From Proteromonas lacertae (Eukaryota): a stretch of 64,000 nucleotides of DNA. The stretch spans positions 372,001 to 436,000 of the forward strand of contig NGBS01000292.1 of NCBI GenBank assembly GCA_002245135.1, written 5' to 3'. The notes under the pieces are model-generated. The model did not search any database, was not told where the DNA came from, and worked only from the letters and a program-made list of their open reading frames with translations. Below, piece by piece: positions 1 through 12,299 of the stretch. Both the position numbers and the translations under genes were made by a program. How positions within the stretch are numbered: position 1 is the first letter of the stretch; the number at the start of each line of letters is the position of its first letter.

Positions 1-956
1 TATATTCCACATTTTGAACTGGAAATACCAATATCTATTCCTATTATATCATTTATTGATTCTGAATTAGGAACTGGTCTAAATGTTATTAATTGTGAAT
101 CTTTACAAATTTCTATTAATTTTTACATTAATAATTATACCTATAAACTCACTCATTAATTCTGTCATTGATATTCGATCTTCCTTCCTTTTTACTATCA
201 TCTTCTTTAACAATACATTCAATTTTACTTCACATTCACATTCCAATTTTTTATATTCACATTTTAATATCTTATTTATTATTTCTACAACTGATTCTCC
301 TTCAAATATGGAATTGTTACTTAATATATAGTATAATATACATCCTATACTCCAAATATCACTTTTATCATTCAATTCTTTATTTTCTAATAGCTCGGGA
401 CTCATATACACTACTTTATCTACAGTCATATTCATTATATTTCTATTACTCTTATATAATTCCATTTTACAATAATCACTCATCTTTATCTCGTTCTTTT
501 CATCTAATAGAATATTAGATGGGTTTATATTACCATTTATTAAACCATTTTCATGTATTTTTAATGTTCCTCTACATATTGACATCATTACATCATATAT
601 ACCACTTTCTTCAAAATATTCTACTGGATTCTTTATATCATTCAAACAATTTACATATTTTGGCATTATCAAATAGATGTAATTGTGTTCATTCAATATT
701 TTCGAATATTTTACCAGTTCTCTTACATTTAAACTGTTAATCTGATTAATACTAGTGATATATCGTTCAAAATCCTCATTATTAAGTGTAGCAGTGATTA
801 TTAATTTCAATATTTCATTTTCATTAGTTTCTTTATTATAGATTTCAAACAAATTGCTATTGAACATACTTTTCACCAATTTATCATATTCATATTACAT
901 ACTTCATAACTATCATCTTCAGATAGTGCTATTGGTAAAGTCAATTTATTATTCAT
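1..956 (-). CDS. Pseudokinase (NEK-like fold) running into an Hsp70/actin-like ATPase N-terminal motif; partial, continues off the left edge
   Basis: Kinase motifs NGNINPSNILL, KMSDYC, YMSPE, DIWSIGCILY; no HRD Asp and no DFG. After a short phase-1 intron (about 113-140) the frame reads ...NDIIGIDIGISSSKCGIY. The first exon junction is not cleanly resolved. Confidence 0.7.
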
Positions 957-1119
957 CAAAAAATAGAAAAGTAAAATTGAAAGATTATTTCATTATAGAT
1001 TAAGAAGTAAAATATAAATTATAGTATTTATTTTTTAATTCTATTTTGACATTAATTTTGAATATTTATTCGTTTCATTCAAACTTCATTCAAACATTCA
1101 TCATTCAATTTTTCTTTAA

Positions 1120-1396
1120 ATGTCAACGAAGAGAAAAGCAGGTAGTAAACTATTAGAAGAATTAGATACAAAACTGAAAGAAAATAATTATTATGAATGT
1201 TTACAGTTATATCGAACACTTTTTTCTCGTTATATAACAAAGAAGGATTATGAGAAAGGAGAAAAATTGCTAATCGATGGTGTGAAGATATTTTTCTCAA
1301 AAAATGAAGTAACAAGTGGTTATGAGTTGATTAGTGTATATTTGAAGAGTTTAAAAGATAGAAAAGCAAGTTACAATGAAGAAATAGATAGTATGA

Positions 1397-1428
<32 letters not shown>

Positions 1429-2095
1429 CTTGTAATAGAAGAATTAAAAAGTGTATTTGAGTTAATGCCTAGTTGTGTTGAAAAGAATCAAGCATTAATG
1501 GCGGCTTTGAAGTATATATAATTAATATAACTCAATAAATAGTTTATCATACAATTCAATTCCAGTTGGTTCTGCTGCAATTCACTATGAATTATCAAAA
1601 AGTTTAAGAGATTTGAAAGACTATAAATCATCAGCAGAACATTATATATACAGTAATCATCCAGAAGAATTCAGTGAAATGATTTACGAATGGTCTAATA
1701 AAGAACAAGGTGATGAAATATTGAATAAAGAAATATATATATTAAGAGAAGTGTTAAAGTATTTAGTAACAGAGAATATAAGAGATAGTAAAATCTTTTT
1801 CAAAAATATAAAATCAATTTATGAAAATAATAAAATAAACGTAGAAAATGATGTAATAATAAATTTGTGTGAGTATTTAATAGAATGTGTACAAAGAGAT
1901 GCATTACCTTTGTTTAAGTTATTACAAGAGAAATATTCAAAAATATTCAGTATTGATCCAAATTTTGAAAATGTATAAATAATAATAATAAATTATAATA
2001 TTAAATAGTATTTGGAGAGAATTGGTCATGTTTATTATAAATTACCAGTGAAGAAGAATATGTTGACAACTATGTTGGAAAGTTTTATGAAATAA
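1120..2095 (+). CDS. GET4: GET4/TRC35 homologue (tail-anchored protein targeting)
   Basis: NYYECLQLYRTLFSRY N-terminus and LFKLLQEKY...YLERIGHVYY C-terminus; three GT-AG introns (1391-1438, 1512-1542, about 1973-2008) give a continuous frame. Confidence 0.85.
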
Positions 2096-2196
2096 AAATG
2101 AATATAAAATTGTTACTTTTTTATTTTGTTTTTTATTTTTAAAAACATCATTTATAGATTAATAAAAAATAGTAATCTATTAATTAATTATTATTT

Positions 2197-2934
2197 CTAC
2201 TCTCCAAATTTCAACATATCTCTTGTACACATGAAGAATATTCTATCCTTCGTTGATACTCGATAATTATTATTCGCATATTTATAATCTATTACTCCAG
2301 TAAATGTTTTATTTTCATCTCTATTAAATGCTTCTACACAATCACCTATTTCATATATATCATTCATACAAGGAGTTTGATTTTCATTATTATATATTTC
2401 ACTATAACTGATGTTATAATATCTACTACCATCATCTAATACTATATCATATGTATTATCTTTAGTATTTGTGGCTATTACTGTTCCATTCTCATAATTA
2501 TAATTGATATAATATATAATCCTCTCGTTTATTCTATGCATATTTCTTTCATCAGTCAAACCATGATTCAAAAACTTTATGTTATTTTCATTTACATATA
2601 ATTTTTCATTATTACTATGTAAACTAACTAAATACAAACCAGCATCAAACCTAAACTTGATTGTTCCTTCTTCCCATTTGTTTTGTGAAATATTAAACAC
2701 TAATACTATATCACCATTCATTAAATTACCATCAATTAATGACTGTTTATTTTCATTATCTATTACTTCTTGACTTATATTCTTTATTCTTCTTCCATCA
2801 TCTAATGCTATATCATATATAATTCCATTATTGTCTTTATGTTCATTATATATTACACCAGTTACAGATTGATAATTTACTTTTACAGTTACTCTGTCAC
2901 CTTCATGGAATGGATGTACTGATTTAGTAATCTA

Positions 2935-2965
<31 letters not shown>

Positions 2966-5831
2966 GAGGATATATATATATAAATATACTAATTGTAAAT
3001 AATTCTCTGGAACAGTGACTAAAACATTGCTTTCAGTTCTTATTTGATATTGATTTTCATTATTTTCATTCATTATCTTTTCAATCATTCCTGTATCCCA
3101 ATTACCACTACTTTCATTATAAACATATACATAATCATTTATTTCATAATAACTTCCATCATTGTTACTATTATCTTCATTATAAGCATTTGCTCTAGTT
3201 GAATAGTTAAGAGAATTTTCTGTTGTTGTTGACATATATGATAAAGACAAATCTTGTCTTGATGAATATCCTAAATAATCGTTATTAGTTTGAATTGGAG
3301 TAATATTCTTATCAATTGTAATTGATTCACGACTGTTACTGAGATATCTGATTTTATAACTATATATTATTATTATTATGATAATGATATATACAATCCA
3401 TTAAAATAGAATAATACTTTAGCTTTTAATCTTTCATGTGTGAAGATATCAAAATTATCAACAATTTCATCCTTTTTATATTTACTAATCCATTTGGGAT
3501 TACTAAACGATTTTACATGTTCAGGAGTTTCATAACCACCATCACTCTATATAAAACAAATAAATTAAACAAAAACTATACATATTTAATAAACTCTGGA
3601 TCCATGAAATTATTTACATCATATAACAATAAACACAATTGTTCAATCGTATATTTATCAAAATTATGATTTGTGCTTAAATACAATGATTTCAATTCAT
3701 AAGGCATTTTCTCTAACGGAAACTTTTGCGGATCTCTTATTCTTGCAGTTTTAACATATTCACTAATTAGATATTATAGATAAACAAATAATAAATAGAT
3801 ATACAATTTTTCAATAATAGTATCACCAAATCTCTTTCTCAAATATGTCTCAATTATCTCTCTCTTTTCTTTCAATGTTTTATAACGAATATACAAATCA
3901 TGAGGTGTTAAATAATCAGTATTCATTTCAATATCTACTTCTCTTGCTATGAATGAGTAATATTTTGATAATAATTCAGGATATAAGTCTAATAACCCTT
4001 TTAATAGAATACCATCATTATAATAACTTGTAACAGTTACATCTCTTACTAATCTTCCTATATATTTGTCTTTTTCTAATAATTTGATATTTATTCTTCT
4101 TAAGTTATCAATATCTTGTGTACGAAGTTTGTTCATTTCTCTTGCTTTTGTTAATTGATTTAAAAACATTTTAACTAATGTTATATCAGTTGGTGGTAAT
4201 AATTCTTTATATGTTTCTAATTTCTCATATAACATCTCTCTATGTACATTTTATAATAAAACATATTAAATATTTATACAAATTATCATTAATGTTCTTT
4301 ACTATATAAGATCTATCTTCTTCAGGATCATATGCTTTGTTCAATCTCTGATAATATGATTCATCCATTAAATATTCATTGGCTTGGCTTGACTCAACAT
4401 CTTCATTATTTACTTCATCTTCTTGTTGAACTGGTGGTGGTAGTGGTGGTGGAATAGCTATTGCATGATTCAATTGATTATTATTATTATTACTATTATA
4501 TTCTTCACCTTCTTCATTGTTATTATTATCATAATATACTTCACTATTATCATAATTGTTGTTATTTATATTATCATAAAAATAATTTTCATTATTATTT
4601 TCAATTGATGTTTGTTGTTCTTCCTGTTTTTCTTGTTGATATTGTTCTTGTTGTTGATTTGGTTGAGTTACAATCACTTCTTCTTCTGGTTTCAATATTC
4701 CATTATTATTCTCTTCTTCATCTTCATCTTCTTCATTTGGTATTTCTTTGATTATATTCATTGTTTCTAATCCAATTGTGTCTAAAGTATTATAGAAATC
4801 ATCATTTTCTCCATTCTCTGTATTTTCTGTACTGTTATTTAAACTTGTCATTTTATTTAATTCATCTTCATCTTCTTCTTCATTGTTATTTACTTCATTA
4901 TTGATGTTGTTATTATTGTCTCCATCGTCTAGAAATGAATCAAAAATAGATGGATCTACTGGTTTATATGAATTTTCAAAATCTCTTGACTCATTTTCTT
5001 TCTATTCAGAATAATATATTTCTAATTATTATACTTCAATTACTAAGTTTTGAATTACAGTAAATATTTCATTCAACTTTGATATTTCCATATTCATAAC
5101 AATATCTGAATTATTATATATTTGAATTATTTCATTTGATATTCTTAAGCGGAATGAAGATTTTAAAATGTCATTCTTATAAGATAATTCTATTTTTTCT
5201 ACTATTAATAATACAGAATCAATCAAATCACATATTTTATTAAATATTACATCTTCTTCTTCATCATCATCAATATCATCACAAATTCGAATATATTGTT
5301 TACATAATATTTTTATATCTATTTTATAATCATCTAATAATGTAGAGTCTTTTTTGTTTGATATATCAACTAACAGATTGTAAGAATAAAACAATTTTAC
5401 CATTAATTTCATATCACTCCGGTAATTGACTAATTCTTCTTCAGTTAAAGTTAATAGGTGTTCTTCATATGTCTTTGTGAAATATTCCATTAATGAGATA
5501 AAAAGCTGCATAAACTGCTTAGAATCAACTGAGTCATCTGATTCTGCGAATGGATTCTTACTAGCCTAAAATAATAGTTAAATTTAGGTAATATATATAC
5601 ATTTTCTGTGAGTGAAGCGAAGAAATCATCATCATTTTCATCGGTTTCAGGCTCTTGTGCTTCATTTAACGGAACAGAAGCCTTATCTTCAATATCAATA
5701 GATAGACCTTTCTTTAATGGAGATTTTACTTTATTTTTAACATTCTAATAATGATATTACACAGAATAATGTACATTTTCTTCATCTATGATTTCATTAC
5801 TTAGTTTTTTGATATCTGAAGAGATACTCAT
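2197..5831 (-). CDS. Large multi-exon protein with acidic/N-rich linker and about five C-terminal Tudor/SH3-like repeats
   Basis: ORF fragments join through short introns. Repeats such as YEINDYVYVYNESSGNWDTGMI, FHEGDRVTV...YDIALDDG and YEIGDCVEAF...TGVI. Confidence 0.55.
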
Positions 5832-6040
5832 TAGTAGAGATGGATTTACTTGTTTAATTATCTGAATAAATGGCTAATTGTGGTGATAATAAATAGATTT
5901 GCACAAGAAAGTTTGAAGGTTTGAGTAAGAAAAGATCAATTTTTTCAATATATAGTAATATTTGCTACATCTAAATATTTCAAATGTGAAATACCAGAGG
6001 ATATCCTTATAAAGACAATATGTTAAAAACAAAAATTATT

Positions 6041-7103
6041 CTATTTAGCTTTATCTATTTCTTTCTTTGGTACATCACTTTTATTCTTCCTCCTTCTTTC
6101 TAATTTCTCTTGCTCAGTCTCATCCTTTTCTGGTTTATCAAATTTCTCTAATTTCACTAAATCTTCTAAACTGTCAAGTTTGTCATTAACTCCTTCAGTT
6201 TTACCTAATTCAACAGAAGTGATAAACTCAGCTATTTTAGTAGTATTTACAAAACTAATATTGTTGAATAACATATTCTCTACACTATTCTTAGGTATAA
6301 CTTTATTAGGTTTTATTATCGACTCTATTACTCCACGTAATTCATTATTATCATCAATAATTGCACCACCACACATTCCACTATCAAATATTTCATTTTT
6401 CTCATCTTCTATTTGACAATGCATATAATCTCTATCAGAATGTGTGTATAAGTAATTACCATTTATTGTCTATAATAAGATATATAAGATATACAGATAT
6501 TGGTCTAATATGATTATTTGTCAGTTCATTACCAATTAAATATCCAGTTGCTTTTAGATTTTGATTAGTTGCTATTGGATCATAATTTATTTCAAATGGT
6601 TTTATATCATAATTCAATTTGTGATTAATAGTGTATAATGTTTCTTTTTCTTTATTTAAATGAAGGATTGATAAGTCATAAAATGGATGACTAAATACAC
6701 GACTATCTAATCCTATATTTGCGATTATTTTTCCTGTCTTATTCCTATACATATAATAATTTATGTTTCAATATACATCTCTGATCTCTAAAGTATGTGT
6801 AACATCAAATTCACTAAGTTCATATATCCATTCATATTCTTCACCTATAAATTAATTATAGCTTTTCAGATATACGTGGATAGTACTTTTCAAATAGATA
6901 TGGTGCTGTTACATGGAATGCAGCAAGAAAATGGATATTGATAAGGAGAAGCATTAGATGCTTTAACAGGAACTGCAGAACATCTGCTTAACATCTCATA
7001 TTTCATCATTTGCTAATATCATAATCCATTAAAATACATGTCTTGGAGATCGAAACCATGATGTCAATGAGAAAACTGATTTTGTAAGAGAAGCTTTTGA
7101 CAT
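6041..7103 (-). CDS. Trypsin/chymotrypsin-fold peptidase-like protein with Cys at the nucleophile position
   Basis: Spliced model: FLAAFHVTAP (His 6913-6915), SHPFYDLSILHL (Asp 6675-6677), DSGMCGGAII (Cys 6371-6373). Four introns; needs removal of two single extra bases (about 6933 and 6744). Confidence 0.65.
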
Positions 7104-7177
7104 TTTAATTATTTGAAAGCTTGATTCAGCTTGAAGTTTTTCTTCTTTTTTTCTTTATTATTAACCGATTATATATA

Positions 7178-7714
7178 ATGATTTCAGTATTATCAAAAAT
7201 AAGACTACCAATAAGACCAATTTTAAAACAATTTACTAGGAATTTATCTTCGTTACAGAATTCTGTTGGAGGTATTGACTAATTGTGAATATAGTTAATT
7301 ATAGTTGAAATAGATAGTGATACAACATCAGATAAAATACTTTTGACAGATGAATGTGTGAAAGTATAATTGTTTTTTGTTCTTACACTTTAGAGAATCA
7401 AACAAATAATATCAATGAAGAAATCCGATCCTGCAATAACAAAGCTTCGATTAGAAGTAGATTCTGGTGGTTGTAGTGGTTTTCAATACAAATTCAGTTT
7501 TGATTATAAGCAGCCCCAAAAAGATGATAATATTTTTGAAACAAATGGGGCAAAAGTAGTTGTAGATTCAACATCATTACCATTAGTTAAAGGCTGCACA
7601 ATAGATTTTGTTGATACTATGATCAAAAGAGGTTTCAGTGTAAAGACAAATCCAAATTCTGATAAAAATTGTAGCTGTGGAACATCATTTAGCGTAAAAA
7701 CACCAGAATTTTAA
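7178..7714 (+). CDS. ISCA2: Iron-sulfur cluster A-type carrier, ISCA2-like, with basic N-terminal targeting peptide
   Basis: LRLEVDSGGCSGFQYKF and CSCGTSF motifs; two introns; N-terminus MISVLSKIRLPIRPILKQFTRNLSS. Confidence 0.9.
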
Positions 7715-7775
7715 GACAGCAGTAAAAACTAATTATAATCTTATTTAACATCTATTTTATTTTATATAATTATGT

Positions 7776-8346
7776 TCATTTTATTCCAACTATGTCGAAA
7801 ACTTCATCGATTGTCTTAGAAGCTATTCTATTTGCTTTTTCTTTTCCATCTTCAAATATATCATTAAGCAACTTCTCATTATGTGAATAATATTCTAATT
7901 TTTCCTGAAAAGGTATAATTTCTTTCAAAACCACTTCTATCAAATCATCTTTAAATTCTTTATTCAAAGAATTTGAGTATTTTCTCACAAGATCATCAAT
8001 TTCAATATGAGAAAACATACTGTATATCATTAAAAGATTTGATAAACCTGGTCTTCCAACAGGGTCATAACTAATTCCTAATTTACTATCTGTTACTGCT
8101 CCTTGTATTTTCTTAACGATTACATCCTTTGAATCAGTTATATTAATTCTTGTATTATCATTTAAATCAGATTTACTCATTTTCTTTGCAGGATCTTTTA
8201 AATTTAATATTTTTGATCCTTTGCTGTTTATTTTAGCTTCAGGAAGTGTAAAATAGTCAGTATTATAGTATTTATTAAATTTCTCAACGACTTCTCTAGT
8301 CAGCTCAACATGTTGAATTTGATCATATCCTACTGGAACAACTATA

Positions 8347-8384
<38 letters not shown>

Positions 8385-8928
8385 TATAATATACTGTTAG
8401 TTTTATAGAGTAATATATCAGCAGCCATTAATACTGGATAAGTGAATAATCCTGTTAAAGATCCTTTTGATTTTGATTTACTCTTATACTGAGTCATTCT
8501 CTTTAGACTTCCTACTGGTAATATACAACTCAATATCCATAACAACTGGGTATGTGCTGGAACTGATGATTGCTTGAATAAAATACACTTTTGAGGATCT
8601 AACCCTGAAGCAAGCATCACACTTGCTATATGCCTATTTTTGAAATATATATTTATACTTTATATTCTTACCTTACAACTATTTTTAAAATCGTTTGGTT
8701 TGTATTGAACTGTTCATTGAGTGTAGATCTGCGACACAATACAATAATGTGTCTATATGAAATCTAATAATTCAATAGAATACTTTCAGATGATGATTTT
8801 GCTAAATCATTCCATAATTGAAAAGCTCCGAGATAATTGCCAATATGAATGGTTCCACTTGGTTGAATTCCAGAAAAAATAGTGCTGAAATGACAATGAG
8901 TATATTTAATCAGATTTAGTCTGTTCAT
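7776..8928 (-). CDS. WARS2: Tryptophanyl-tRNA synthetase, mitochondrial/bacterial type
   Basis: IFSGIQPSG..HIGNYLGA, YPVLMAADILLY, VPVGYDQIQHVELTR, KMSKS; three introns; two apparent single-base insertions near 8713 and 8673. Confidence 0.92.
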
Positions 8929-9333
8929 CTAGTAAAATGTTCGCTTTAAAAGATTAAAACTAAAATGGGTTTATGAAAATTTTGGATGTTTTTTTGATAT
9001 TGTTCTTTCATTCTAAGAATAAGATCCAGAAGAGATCTTATCATTATTCAACTACTACTCACATAGTATTATGATAATCCACCTTTTAATAGGTGCCTTA
9101 AAATTCTGATGTAATTAGCGATCAATATGCCTTAATAGTAATCTAATTAAATGATATGATACACATAAACTCCAATTTATTAATGACTTTTTAAAAATAT
9201 CCTTTGGCCATGAAAATATGAAGATATTAAGTATTCTGAAACGACTATATGCTATCATCGAATCAAAAACTGATTTAGAATTTTTAGTTGAAGTTGTTTT
9301 TAAAATAAATATATTAGAACTGTACTTACGATA

Positions 9334-10481
9334 ATGACGACTTTATGGATTGGAGATTTATGCCAAACCTGGGGAGAAGCTCAATTAAATGCTCTATTCG
9401 CAGATGCTCGTATTATTTTTTTCTTATATTTAAACAGCTGGCTTTTTACATTCTAAGCTCATAGTAAATCGGGAGACTGGTTGCTCAGCTGGTATAACTG
9501 AAGCGACATTATATTCTTGTTAGGCTACGGCTTTCTAGAGTTTTCTTCACACGAATGTGCTGATTTGGCACTGAGGGAGTATAACGGCAGGTTAATTCGT
9601 ATAACGCATTTCTGTTATTCTTCTTTAGCTGGGTTTGCTCAAGTATTTAGACTTAATTGGGGTGCTCCAGGTCTTAAATTAAATCAACCTGAAGTTTCTC
9701 TCTTTATCGGTGACTTAGCTAGTTCAATTAATGACGTTTTGTTATTTAATGCATTTAGTGAGAACTATCCATCAACATTACACGCAAAAGTAATGATGGA
9801 TCCCATAACTCATTGTAGCAGAGGATATGGTTTTGTTAAATTCGGTGATTATATAGAAGCAGAGAGAGCCATCATTGAAATGAATGGTAAGAATCTCTAT
9901 GGTAGACAGATCCGTGTATCAACAGCACAAAAGAGATGTAATGGAAGTCCATTATGTATGATGAACGGAATGATTGGTGAAATGGATAATATTAATAGTA
10001 ATAATATGATGAATATGATGGGTATGAACGATATGAATATGAATATGATGATGAATAATAATTACCAGGTAAATTCACCATCATCAGCAACATCTTCACC
10101 TGCTCATATATATTACAGTACAAATACCACTCCTACTGATTGTAATAATAATAATAATAATAGTGGGATATATTATATTGATGAAAATAATAATAATAAT
10201 AATAATAACAATTATTATAATGATAATATATCTAATAATAATAATTATAATTATTTACATATTAATACAACTTCACCCACTATTACAACCTCAAATAATA
10301 CTGCAGATGGAAGTATTAATAGTAGATCTGAATCTGCTTCATCACCATCTGCTTCATCTTCGTCATCTATTACAGACGGAGTGATGATCAGTGGAAATGG
10401 AAATGGTAATAATAGCAATAATAACTGTAATATAGGAGGAGGAAGTAGCTATGATTGTTATGAAGTTGAATTACCTATTGT

Positions 10482-10512
<31 letters not shown>

Positions 10513-10815
10513 ATGATGCAGAATCAACAACAACAACAATATTATAGACAGTATCAGTATCAATATATTGAACAACAACAACAACAACAACAACAAAATA
10601 ATAATAATATGTATTACAGACAAGACAGTAATAATAATAATGAGAGTAACAATCAAACATTATGGAATGAGTATTATGAATATAATAACAGAATTATTGA
10701 ACATAATAATAATAATCAACAACAACAACAATCACCTCATCATACACCATTATATCAAAGGAAACCCACTGATAATGGTATATTTAATGACGTAAACAAT
10801 TTAGAAAGTATATAG
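9334..10815 (+). CDS. Two-RRM RNA-binding protein, SECp43/TRNAU1AP-NAM8-RBP45 family, with N/Q-rich tail
   Basis: MTTLWIGDL, GYGFLEF, FRLNWG, SLFIGDL, SRGYGFVKF; three short introns; poly-N and poly-Q C-terminus. Confidence 0.8.
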
Positions 10816-11072
10816 AAGTGTGGTTTTTATATTTTATATTTCGATTTTATTGTAGCTTTTATTTTAAATTTATTTTACATTTTAATTTTCTTCTTTTTTT
10901 TTGCTTTATTTTTATTTGTTTTTATTTGGGTTATTCTCATAACAGCACAAAATACACAAAATATACATATAAAAGCATTGAATATATATATATAGATATA
11001 ATATGACTTGGTTTAATTTAAGTAAGTAATCTTTTAAATTTACACTAATCTATAGATACATTAAAATTACAT

Positions 11073-12143
11073 TTACACATTCGAATCGTTTGAAAAGATA
11101 CCTGGAACAATCTTACAACTCCTCGAGGGTCTAGAAACAGCTGATAGTATTGATAAGGAATGACCAATTACTCGTTTATTATCAGATCTTTCACACGAAA
11201 ATACATAAGACTTTACAGCTCTATGAATTTGAGAATCTTTGCCAAAACCATAGGATTTTCTCATCTCCAATATTATATCATACAAATGTAAATTAAGAGG
11301 TCTATCAAAATCATATTCGCTCCAACTCTTTATGTTGGGATTAAGCAATTTACCTAAATTTTTCACAACAACTATAAGGGAACTTCTGATCGTTTAGACT
11401 CTTATATAACTCAATAGCTGCAATGTTTTCGATTCTGTAATTCATGTTATCTGTTGTTCTTTTTCCTAAATTGTGTTTAATTACCTTCTTCCTTATATCT
11501 GTTAGTGTAGATAATATATTTGGATGGTAATCAGCAATCCATTGTTGAAATTTACAATACTTTAGTGTATGGTCTGGATTTGTTTGTCCTTCATTATACA
11601 ATTCAGCCATGTAATTTGCTATTACATTGGAAACTCTTTAAAAATGTTAAGACCTGTGGAGCAGATATGTTGTTATCATTGTGAATACCAATTGAAGATA
11701 ATAATACTATAAATGAGTAATACTGCGATTAGTTATACTACGCATTATATTATTTACTTCGAAAAAAGAAAATAACACCACAAATTGGAAGTATTTGTCA
11801 TATGTAATAATTCCTACAGGAAAATTAGAATATATAAACATACTGTTAACTCTAAAGTATAATATTATAAATGGCATTAACAGAATATCATTAGCAGTAC
11901 AAATATCTGAGGGTAGGACTTGATTTTTCTTCTTCTTACAGAGAATGGTGTATTTCTTCTTTATTTTATTTACTTCTTCACAATTAACTACAGAATAAGC
12001 TGGTTGCATATACAATAGAAGTAATGTAACAGATTTATCGATAACTCTTCCTTTAGACCAGTTTGCTGAGTCACTGTATCTAAATCGAACCTTCGAACAA
12101 AACTCTCCTCCTTCAATTCGTTTTCTGAATTAAATTCATCCAT
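11073..12143 (-). CDS. Degenerate EF-hand-like protein, paralogue of the gene at 47397
   Basis: Multi-exon model; C-terminal block KFQQWIADYHPNILSTLTDIRKKVI...QKFPYSCC aligns with the 47397 protein; two apparent +1 insertions. Confidence 0.5.
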
Positions 12144-12299
12144 CTTTTTCAACGTTTTAAAAAATTATTTTTATTTTTTTAATCAAACGTTACACATTTT
12201 TTCATTACATAAAAGCCCAGAATGATAAATTATTCATTTCTTCAGGTTAAAACTAAGCAATACAACTAATATTAGATTTAATGTTAATCCAAAATTAAT

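Noticed and set aside
10140..10740. AAT/CAA arrays as CRISPR or satellite, and the overlapping poly-I/L/V ORFs
   Set aside because: These are poly-Asn and poly-Gln codons of the RRM gene; the alternative ORFs are frame or antisense shadows.
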